64,000 bases of DNA, from assembly GCA_009779935.1 (NCBI GenBank), contig WRAX01000005.1:24248-88247 (forward strand). The letters run 5' to 3'. This document shows, piece by piece, positions 47,308 to 55,547 of this stretch; positions within the stretch are counted from its first letter, which is position 1; every line of letters starts with the position of its first letter. The position numbers were made by a program, and so were the translations under genes. This DNA comes from Defluviitaleaceae bacterium. Its GTDB lineage: Bacteria > Bacillota > Clostridia > Lachnospirales > WRAX01. The notes under the pieces were generated by a model. That model saw only the letters and a program-made list of their open reading frames with translations. It was not told where the DNA came from and did not search any database.

Positions 47308-48726
47308 ATGACAAAAAACAAAAACAAAAACATCAACCCAATAGCCCGCACCGGCCTCTTAGTTCTGGCGATGGTTCTTTTTCTATTAATACCCACAAGT
47401 TGCGGCAGCCAAAACAATGAAGATGAAACCCGTTTTGTCTTAGAGTCCGACTGCCCTTATCTTTACGACTTCCATTACTTAATACGGCTTATGGAGGATA
47501 CATTTCCTCACTTTGGTGTAGTGTATAGAAATTTTGGAGTGGATGTGAGACAACTGGCAGATGAAGCCATGGAGCGCATCGCAAACCATCCTGGTATGGA
47601 CGACAATATTCTTTTTGATGAAATTGCAGACCTTTTTATTCCACTTTTACCAGTTGTTCATGCGCAGCCCTTATTCTACCAGACCTTTCCACTCTGGAAA
47701 TACAGATTTGGAGGAGCTGGCGTAGGGCAACTAATAAGCGAAGGTAGTGCATTCAATGCAAATACTTTTAACAATGTGCGTTCAATAGAATTTTATGAAC
47801 GCCAAAGGCAAGCCGGATGGGACATGACACCACAAACGGAAGAAGCGTTCGCTTTGCGACCTGCTATACACACTGACCTTGATAATTTTCCTGTACAACC
47901 CGCATGGAATCGAATAGCAGCCACCTATATAATCGAAGAAGGCAGAATTGCTTATATGAACATACCTACTTTTATGCATCATGGCGCAGGCGGAATAGAA
48001 AGGGGAAGTTTGTTTAATTTCTACACAGAAATACAGGATTACGAGCACCTTATTATAGACATTAGAAATAATGGAGGTGGATATACCTTTTTTTGGGAAA
48101 ATAATATCATGCTACCACTATCGAACAATGCGCCCGTTGTACCAATATATAACTTTTTCCCCCAAAGCGAACGTGGCTTAAAGTTTGCACAAATTTTTGC
48201 TGATGACCACTACCAGAAAGGTATAGGAGCAGATTTGGTGACCTCAGAGTCATTTTCTGCCAATTATGCATATCCTATATCTATATCAGAGTTTTTAAAT
48301 GATAGGCAATTTCCATACCTAAACCAATCCGACCTACAATACTTAGGATATGTGGTCCCACTTACCCAAAGTGTAAGAAATCTAAACCCCATGTGGTATG
48401 TGCCGGAAATACCTTTCCATGGTCAAATATGGCTTTTGATAAATCCCGTAAACGCTTCATCTGCCAGCATGTTTGCCCGCCACGCCAAAGATTCTGGTTT
48501 TGCCACTTTGGTGGGGGAGCAAACAGGTGGACATTTTGGTGCTGGGACACTTCGTATTTTCTTCCCCCTACCCAACACAGGCATTATTGTAACTTGGGAT
48601 GTAGGCTACAAAACCGACCAATACGGAAGATCATGGGAAGAATTTAGAGTAATGCCCCACCACCAAAACATGCCTGGTATGGATGCGCTTGAAACTGTGC
48701 TTTTTCTTATTAATGAAGGGTATTGA
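47308..48726 (+). CDS. S41-like peptidase lipoprotein (intact copy)
   Basis: Signal/lipobox LLIPTSC; IIDIRNNGGGY, NASSASMFA, GEQTGG motifs of C-terminal processing peptidases. Confidence 0.75.
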   Translation: MTKNKNKNINPIARTGLLVLAMVLFLLIPTSCGSQNNEDETRFVLESDCPYLYDFHYLIRLMEDTFPHFGVVYRNFGVDVRQLADEAMERIANHPGMDDNILFDEIADLFIPLLPVVHAQPLFYQTFPLWKYRFGGAGVGQLISEGSAFNANTFNNVRSIEFYERQRQAGWDMTPQTEEAFALRPAIHTDLDNFPVQPAWNRIAATYIIEEGRIAYMNIPTFMHHGAGGIERGSLFNFYTEIQDYEHLIIDIRNNGGGYTFFWENNIMLPLSNNAPVVPIYNFFPQSERGLKFAQIFADDHYQKGIGADLVTSESFSANYAYPISISEFLNDRQFPYLNQSDLQYLGYVVPLTQSVRNLNPMWYVPEIPFHGQIWLLINPVNASSASMFARHAKDSGFATLVGEQTGGHFGAGTLRIFFPLPNTGIIVTWDVGYKTDQYGRSWEEFRVMPHHQNMPGMDALETVLFLINEGY

Positions 48727-48880
48727 TTGAGTAGGTGTGGGATGATGAATTGAACTCCAAAATTATACCACTATGTAAGTGGGTACTGACTTTATCGCTT
48801 ATGCCATGGTATAATTCCGTTAAATTCTATGAATGCAAATATACTTAATATTAAGAATATAGTCACGGAGGCCAAACCCC

Positions 48881-50707
48881 ATGAAACCCCTAACCCTCTG
48901 CAAACCCTATCTACTGCAACATAAATTAAAACTAACCCTATACATAACAATAACCCTATTAGCCACTGCCATATCCATCCTAACCCCCTTCATCATAGGT
49001 AACTTCCTTGATCACCTAATCGAAGGGGGTGATGTGGGGGCTATTTTGCGTTTTTGTGCAATATTTGGTGGGTTGGGGCTTTTGCGTATATTCAAAAACT
49101 ACATAACATCCCTTATATACGTTAGGATGCAAACCCAGATGAGTTACAACTTTCACCATGATATCACAAAACACATCCAAAGCCTTTCACTCTCCTACAC
49201 CAACAATCAAGACAGCACCTATCTAAACCAACGCATAAATAGTGACACAGGCAGCCTGATTGTATTCTGCATAACCATCCTTAACAACGTACTGGTAAAC
49301 CTAATTATGATTATTGCACCCTTTATCATACTGCTAACCATGAACTGGTTTATTACGGTTTTATTGGCCGGCTTTCTTTTGTTATATGCCGTCTTATATA
49401 CGGCCTTCAAAAAACCCATTTACAATGCAGGGTTTCGCTTAAAAGAAGCGCAGGGTAAGTTTTTCTCCACCCTTTTTGAACAATTAAAACACATCAAACT
49501 CATTAAAACAAACTCCATACAGCCCGAAATTAGCCGTAGGACTGATAGTGGATTTGTAAGATTTAAGGCGGCAGCTGTTCACAACCAAAAAGTAAGTTAT
49601 GTGTACTCCGGTATGGATGGATTTATATCCACACTCGCACAGATCGCCTTATTTGTGGTTGGTGGCTTGCAGGTGCTGTCCGGTAATTTCACCATAGGTA
49701 TGTTTACCATCTTTACCAGTTACTTTACCATGATTTTGGGTTCCAGTAGATATTTCTTTGGCCTTGGGGCTTCTTATCAGCACACCCTTGTCGCTTATGA
49801 TCGGGTCAAGGAAATATTGAACCTTAAACCCGAGGGTGGGGGTAGAAAGATAATTGACAGTGTTAGCAAGATACAAGCAACTGACCTAAGTTTTTCTTAT
49901 GCGGTTGGAGATACGAGCCACAGTTTAAGTCAAGACCAAAAAGAAAGGCGAGAAGGAAACAACCGGAAAAAAGATGACCCTCACGAGGGCATTAACTCAC
50001 ATAATATCAAAAATCATAATCCAGCCCTAAATTTCAACGAAACAGGCAGCACTACCAAAGCGAATCCTAAGGTGAACGACATCATCGAAACAAAGCGAAA
50101 AAGGGTTCTTGAAGGACTTAGTATAGAACTAACCAAGGGTAAAATTTATACCCTATCCGGCTCAAATGGCTCGGGCAAGTCCACGCTTATCAGTTTAATG
50201 ATGGGTATGTATGCTGATGAATATGATGGCCGTATAACCTATGACGGCACAGATATTAAAGACATAGACATGATTGCCGCAAGAAGAAGCCTTATTGGAT
50301 TTGCAGAGCAAGAACCTACACTGATAAAAGATTCTATTTTGTTTAACCTTTGTTTTAATGAGTCGCTCGATTCTCTTTGTTCATCAAACCAACGCATCAA
50401 CAATCTGGACAAGCATATGCAAACCCTTGGGATGAATGATTTTATTGATAAAAACGGATTGCATTTCCCGCTAAACGAAAGCAATACCAACACCTCCGGT
50501 GGAGAGAAGCAAAAAATATCCATCTTAAAGGTACTGTTAAAAGACCCACCTGTTATGATTTTTGATGAGCCTACATCTGCACTTGATTCTGATGCCACCG
50601 AAAGGTTTATGGGATATTTGCAGGGTATTAAAAGTAATAAGATTATTGTTATAGTTACGCATGATGGGGTTGTGGAGGAGATGTGTGATGAGAGGGTTTG
50701 TTTGTAA
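48881..50707 (+). CDS. ABC exporter (TMD-NBD) with a hydrophilic insertion at the start of the NBD
   Basis: 6 TM; Walker A GSNGSGKST, signature TSGGEKQKISILK, Walker B VMIFDEPTSALD; no C39 domain. Confidence 0.85.
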   Translation: MKPLTLCKPYLLQHKLKLTLYITITLLATAISILTPFIIGNFLDHLIEGGDVGAILRFCAIFGGLGLLRIFKNYITSLIYVRMQTQMSYNFHHDITKHIQSLSLSYTNNQDSTYLNQRINSDTGSLIVFCITILNNVLVNLIMIIAPFIILLTMNWFITVLLAGFLLLYAVLYTAFKKPIYNAGFRLKEAQGKFFSTLFEQLKHIKLIKTNSIQPEISRRTDSGFVRFKAAAVHNQKVSYVYSGMDGFISTLAQIALFVVGGLQVLSGNFTIGMFTIFTSYFTMILGSSRYFFGLGASYQHTLVAYDRVKEILNLKPEGGGRKIIDSVSKIQATDLSFSYAVGDTSHSLSQDQKERREGNNRKKDDPHEGINSHNIKNHNPALNFNETGSTTKANPKVNDIIETKRKRVLEGLSIELTKGKIYTLSGSNGSGKSTLISLMMGMYADEYDGRITYDGTDIKDIDMIAARRSLIGFAEQEPTLIKDSILFNLCFNESLDSLCSSNQRINNLDKHMQTLGMNDFIDKNGLHFPLNESNTNTSGGEKQKISILKVLLKDPPVMIFDEPTSALDSDATERFMGYLQGIKSNKIIVIVTHDGVVEEMCDERVCL

Positions 50708-50922
50708 AGAATGGCAAGCGTGGCGGTGTTAGATGCACAGACCACATCCCCAACTCAATGCCTCACCTCAGAACCCAAACTTGATGTCCACGCCCACGCC
50801 GTGTTTTGTGTGGGCTTGGTATCAGTAGTTATACCCATAGATACACCGCATTATAATGCTTCTTTTTGTATTGTCTTTGACAGCACTGGATAACATTGAT
50901 TGAAATTTTCAGCATGGATATA

Positions 50923-51156
50923 CTACCGGTCATCAACCTGTAGTATATCCACAGCACCCTTAACAATATCGCAAACATCCCACAAGGTGTCGCAGTCCAA
51001 AACTTCCAACACTTTATACTTACGGCTTGAAAGGTCAACGGCTCGCACTTGATCACAAAGAACATACCCTGTTGTAGCAGTTTTTGTTAGCTTCACATGC
51101 ATGATGTTTTTTCTGTATGTGTTGGTTATTGGGCATATATAACGGAAATTGAACAT
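50923..51156 (-). pseudogene. MazF/PemK-type toxin, C-terminal fragment
   Basis: HVKLTKTATTGYVLCDQVRAVDLSSRKYKVLEVL resembles the MazF C-terminal half; the N-terminal half is missing. Confidence 0.5.
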
Positions 51157-51321
51157 TTATCAAACTTTGAAATTTTAAGGTAGGCCATACTCAACTTGGG
51201 AAATATACCGTGCCGCCTTAATCGACTTTTCGACTTGTAAAAGGCATCAGAAGTTATTTATTGAGATTATTGACAACCTAAACATTGAAGCCGAACAAGT
51301 AAAGGCATAATAAAAAACGCA

Positions 51322-51376
51322 GCAACTTCTGATACTGTTTGCTATTAACCGCAAACAGTATCAGAAGTTGCTTTTC
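51322..51376 (+). terminator. strong terminator at the right edge of the island
   Basis: Perfect 21-bp arms GCAACTTCTGATACTGTTTGC/GCAAACAGTATCAGAAGTTGC, 8-nt loop, then TTTTC. Confidence 0.7.
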
Positions 51377-51538
51377 TATTCAAAACCACATTTAGCGAAC
51401 AGGTCTAATGCAGTTGTTGCATTTTGTTAAAAATCCTGCGAAAAGAGGGACTGTAAAAGACTAATATTCTCACAGCATTGTCATCACTAACATAAAATGT
51501 ACAAGGAGCTTTCTTGCAGGATAGGGCATTTGCCTTTT

Positions 51539-51624
51539 GTTGACCCCTCTGACTTTGCCGAAAACCACGTGACCACGTGAAGCCGTGGCTTTTCGGCTTG
51601 CAGATGGACTACCCAAGGGTCAAC
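51539..51624 (+). promoter_or_regulatory. nested stem-loop element upstream of the 51662 operon
   Basis: Outer 8-bp stem GTTGACCC/GGGTCAAC; inner 13-bp stem GCCGAAAACCACG/CGTGGcTTTTCGGC; loop contains tandem CCACGTGA CCACGTGA. Confidence 0.4.
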
Positions 51625-51661
51625 TGCTAAAATTTCATTATATAAAGGAGGTGCAATAAAT

Positions 51662-52372
51662 ATGTCCAACGAAATGCCTATTTCAGTATTGATTAGAGGT
51701 GACACCCACATTCTTTACTTTGATGATGGCAAAATTGACGATGACGGCAATATAGAAACGGCCTATATACGGGTCACCCAAGGTGTTCTTTGTGCAGGCG
51801 ACAGCGAAGTTAAGGTTTCTGTTAATGACTATATTTCTAAGGCAGATTGGATATTACTTAGAGAATATAGACAAGCGGCTCAAAACGACTTTCTTAGGCG
51901 TGATACCTTTATTGATGTCAGCGAGGAAGTTAAAATGATTGCTTCGGGATATATTGAGAATAATGGGCTTGCCCTTGAGGGTGTGGAGGATTTGCGTGGT
52001 GCTGGGCTCATCCTTAATTATCGCCCGAGCAAAATCTTTCCTTGCGATTGCGACGATGCTGGATTTTTTGGAAGAAGGGTTCATCTTACCGGCTTTACGC
52101 ATACCCAAAAAACACCGTGGTTTTACAGCGGGATATCAGACAGGATAACCCTTTTTGTTTGCAACAGGGGCAAGGATGATGTGATGATTGGACTTGAAAG
52201 AAGTCCTGATTCGGCAAGTATCATTAAAGATGCTCAGGAGATATGCGTTGGCCCGGGGCAAACCGCAGAAATTACTCCTTACAAGTTTTCGCAGTTTATA
52301 AGGCTTACAGCAAGCTCTGAAAAAAGAAGGATAAACTGCGAGGTATGGCATCAAGCGCAGCTAAAAGTCTGA
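51662..52372 (+). CDS. hypothetical protein, no signal peptide
   Basis: RBS AAAGGAGG; 236 aa; C-terminal about 70 aa similar to the C-terminus of the next ORF. Confidence 0.6.
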   Translation: MSNEMPISVLIRGDTHILYFDDGKIDDDGNIETAYIRVTQGVLCAGDSEVKVSVNDYISKADWILLREYRQAAQNDFLRRDTFIDVSEEVKMIASGYIENNGLALEGVEDLRGAGLILNYRPSKIFPCDCDDAGFFGRRVHLTGFTHTQKTPWFYSGISDRITLFVCNRGKDDVMIGLERSPDSASIIKDAQEICVGPGQTAEITPYKFSQFIRLTASSEKRRINCEVWHQAQLKV

Positions 52373-52463
52373 TAATTTGTATAACGCCCCATTTTGAGAC
52401 AAGAACCCTTTTGCATATACAAGCATAGTATGTACTACAGTCAAGAAAAAGGCTGAAAACACA

Positions 52464-52988
52464 ATGCAAAAGGAGGTGAAAAAGATAAATTCACTTGTTT
52501 TTAACACAACTGCCGAAGAGCTGCGTACCAGTGTTTATGGCTATAACCAAGGCACAAGCACGTTGCAGCTGTTGCAGTTGAATAGCGATGGAGAATTGCT
52601 TGTTTCGGGAGATTTTAGCCTGTCAAGTAACGTAACAATCGCAAACACGCTGCTGACTGTGTTGGTGTCCGGCAATCAATTCACAGCAAACACTCAAACG
52701 CTGGATGGTGTAACATCAACAGGCATTGCTCTTGCTGCAACGGATATTTCGCAATTGAAAACAGCGACCATGTTTGTTGACAACACAGATGCCAATCCGA
52801 TTACTGTAACTTTGCAATTAAGCCCTGATGGAACAACGTTTTTTGACGACCCCCATTATACGGATGTTGTAGTAGACGGAACAACTTCTACTATTATGGT
52901 AGTCGGAATCTTTGCACAGTATGCACAAATCGAATATGATGCGGGAGCAGGGGCTACATTCGCTGTGTATTACAATGGGCAAGCGTAG
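52464..52988 (+). CDS. hypothetical Ser/Thr-rich beta-type protein
   Basis: 174 aa; TMFVDNTDANPITVTLQLSPDGTTFFDD... segment parallels TLFVCNRGKDDVMIGLERSPDSASIIKD... of the previous ORF (I recall a DUF6385-like family, unverified). Confidence 0.6.
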   Translation: MQKEVKKINSLVFNTTAEELRTSVYGYNQGTSTLQLLQLNSDGELLVSGDFSLSSNVTIANTLLTVLVSGNQFTANTQTLDGVTSTGIALAATDISQLKTATMFVDNTDANPITVTLQLSPDGTTFFDDPHYTDVVVDGTTSTIMVVGIFAQYAQIEYDAGAGATFAVYYNGQA

Positions 52989-53040
52989 GGCAGCAACCAA
53001 CACTTTTTTGAAATTTGTCTTGCAAGGAGGTGAAATAGAA

Positions 53041-53406
53041 ATGTTTGATTTTGAACGTGAAAACAGACACGGAAGAGAGCGTGATGCCGTGCGTGAACAT
53101 GAGCATGAATGCAGACACGAACACAGGAATGAGCATGAGCATTTTACAAAGCACAGAAAGGTTTGCACTGTAGAAACAAGCGAAGATGTGACCATCACAA
53201 CACCTGTCATGCTTAATGCTTATGTAGATAGCTGCAAAGTTGAAATTGAGTGCAGAGGACACGATATAATAAGAGAGTCTTCTCGCAGACCAAATCACAG
53301 CAGGTTTAAAATACGCCAGAAAATGCATGTACACATCCCTATTGACTTCGTTGCTGAATGCAATGTGGGTGAAGGTCGAGTGGATTTCGATTTTGATGAG
53401 GAGTAA
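53041..53406 (+). CDS. His/Glu/Arg-rich hypothetical protein (121 aa)
   Basis: RBS AAGGAGG; MFDFERENRHGRERDAVREHEHECRHEHRNEHEHF...; the track ORF from 52912 is an upstream extension. Confidence 0.55.
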   Translation: MFDFERENRHGRERDAVREHEHECRHEHRNEHEHFTKHRKVCTVETSEDVTITTPVMLNAYVDSCKVEIECRGHDIIRESSRRPNHSRFKIRQKMHVHIPIDFVAECNVGEGRVDFDFDEE

Positions 53407-53476
53407 GTTTAAGTAATATGTACAGGCGGGCTGCTGAATGATTTTTAGCGGCTTTTGCCTGTACTAAATAAAGAAG

Positions 53477-55270
53477 GTGATAATTATAAATACTTTAAGC
53501 TTGTGCATGATAGTTAAGGATGGCCAAAGGTATATTGAGCAATGCATTGAAAGTGTTTTGCCCGCAGTTACGGAAATTATTATTGTTGATACAGGGTCAA
53601 CAGACAGCACTTTGGAAAAAATAAAGCGCTTTAACCCGTCTGTTTATCATATGCAGTGGAACAACAACTTTTCAGATGCAAGGAATTTTTCGATAAAATA
53701 TGCAACAGGGGATTATGTAATCGTTTTGGATGCTGATGAGGTTGTGTATTCTGAAGATTTACCTAAGCTGGTTGAAGTTATGAAAAACACCAGGTCAGAC
53801 TGCCTTACTGTGCGGTTTCACAATCTTACTGATGAAAATGACGATAACGTTTTTAATATGCACGAAGGCTTGCGAATTTTCAAAAATGGGTTATATCGCT
53901 TTGAAGGCGCCATCCACGAGCAGCCTGTATTTAACCTTACTGATAGAATACCTATTACAGAGCAGTCAGGAATCAGGATAAAGCATTACGGATATTTAAA
54001 ATCTAATTCAGGGGAAAAGAAATTTAACCGCAATATGACAATCTTAAATGAAGTGCTTGAAAAAACCCCAAACGAACCCTTTCATTTATTTAACATGGGA
54101 AATCAATACATGAGCACGGGTGATTACAATGCCGCTTTAAAATACTATGACAAAGCGCACGAACTCAAAGATATAAAACTTGCATACTCTCCACACTTGA
54201 TATTTCGCAGGGTATCGTGCCTGAAAAATCTATGCAGGGAAGAGGATGCCTTAATTGCAGCAACCCAGGGGCTAAAACTCTATCCAGCTTGCACAGACCT
54301 TGAGTTTCTTCGAGGTTTGCTCCTTGCTGGCATGAAACGATACACGTTAGCAATCGACAGCTTCACAAGATGTGTAGAGATGGGGCAAGCACCACCTAAT
54401 CTTTGCTTTTTTCCAAACACCGAAAATATCCGCCCCATGATTGAACTGGCAGAAATATACAATATCATGGATGACCATCATAGGGCTTTGGAATATTATT
54501 TGAGGGCTATAAAAGTCGATGGCAAAGCCTATTATCTGATTTATAAGATTGCCGCCTCATTAAATAAGCTTTTTGCAGATAAGTCCATGGTTTATAAAAA
54601 TCTTTGCAACCTGTTTGCTGACAGTAGCTATAGACCAAATGCAATAGTGATGACTGACGCATTGCTTAACGAAAAACTATTTGAACAGGCCGAGATAACT
54701 TTGGATACTTGTATGAATAGCATAAATGATGATGACCCAGAAGAAAATGCGGACATTATTTTTCTTAGAGGCAGGATGTTATTTTATGCCAAAGAATATA
54801 ATTCGGCATTTCAAAGCTTTAGAGATTATATTTGTACAGACAAGACTAAGGGCATACTTCCAAATATGGAGAGCAGAGCCAGAAAATACATGCTTGCGTG
54901 CGGTTTGCTATGTAACGATTGCCGTGATTTTTCCATCACTTTAAAGGAAGTGATGGATGATTCGATAGAGAAATCTGTCTATCACGCATTTTTAGAAGCC
55001 GCCAGCAGCCCTCTTGATGATAAAGCCCTATGCATCATATCGCAGGTTCTATCAAATTTACTGGCCGTTTCAGAATATGATGTATTTGAAAAGGCTCTAA
55101 ACATACTGAATATAGTCGAAAGCAATAATATTTTGCTGCGCCTTTCTAAAATATATTTTAACAATGGCTTCCACGATATGGCCGTTAAAACGATTTTGAG
55201 GTCAGTAAAAGAACTCGGCACCCTCGACTCAGAAGCGATCATGATTTTAAGTAAGAAGTTTGCAACGTGA
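53477..55270 (+). CDS. family-2 glycosyltransferase fused to TPR repeats
   Basis: LSLCMIVKDGQRYIEQCIESV...IIIVDTGSTDST...VLDADE GT2 motifs; C-terminal 400 aa TPR-like. Confidence 0.8.
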   Translation: MIIINTLSLCMIVKDGQRYIEQCIESVLPAVTEIIIVDTGSTDSTLEKIKRFNPSVYHMQWNNNFSDARNFSIKYATGDYVIVLDADEVVYSEDLPKLVEVMKNTRSDCLTVRFHNLTDENDDNVFNMHEGLRIFKNGLYRFEGAIHEQPVFNLTDRIPITEQSGIRIKHYGYLKSNSGEKKFNRNMTILNEVLEKTPNEPFHLFNMGNQYMSTGDYNAALKYYDKAHELKDIKLAYSPHLIFRRVSCLKNLCREEDALIAATQGLKLYPACTDLEFLRGLLLAGMKRYTLAIDSFTRCVEMGQAPPNLCFFPNTENIRPMIELAEIYNIMDDHHRALEYYLRAIKVDGKAYYLIYKIAASLNKLFADKSMVYKNLCNLFADSSYRPNAIVMTDALLNEKLFEQAEITLDTCMNSINDDDPEENADIIFLRGRMLFYAKEYNSAFQSFRDYICTDKTKGILPNMESRARKYMLACGLLCNDCRDFSITLKEVMDDSIEKSVYHAFLEAASSPLDDKALCIISQVLSNLLAVSEYDVFEKALNILNIVESNNILLRLSKIYFNNGFHDMAVKTILRSVKELGTLDSEAIMILSKKFAT

Positions 55271-55547
55271 TGGTTTTTGGATGTGTATAAGAGTTAGTTT
55301 ATAGTTGCCTATGGGCTCTACAGTACTCATTGCTACATCAATGCGCTGGCCACATCCCCGAAAAGTCTCAACAATAAACCCAAACACAACAAAGCCCAAA
55401 TACTAACATCGAGCTCATCGTATCGTGTAAACACTCTCCTATACTACTGAACACACCTAAAAGTTGTTCAATATTATAAGTTTGGTGGTATTTCCACCAC
55501 GATAACGACCTATTGACTGACTTCCGCTTTTTTAAGCTCCGCTGGCA

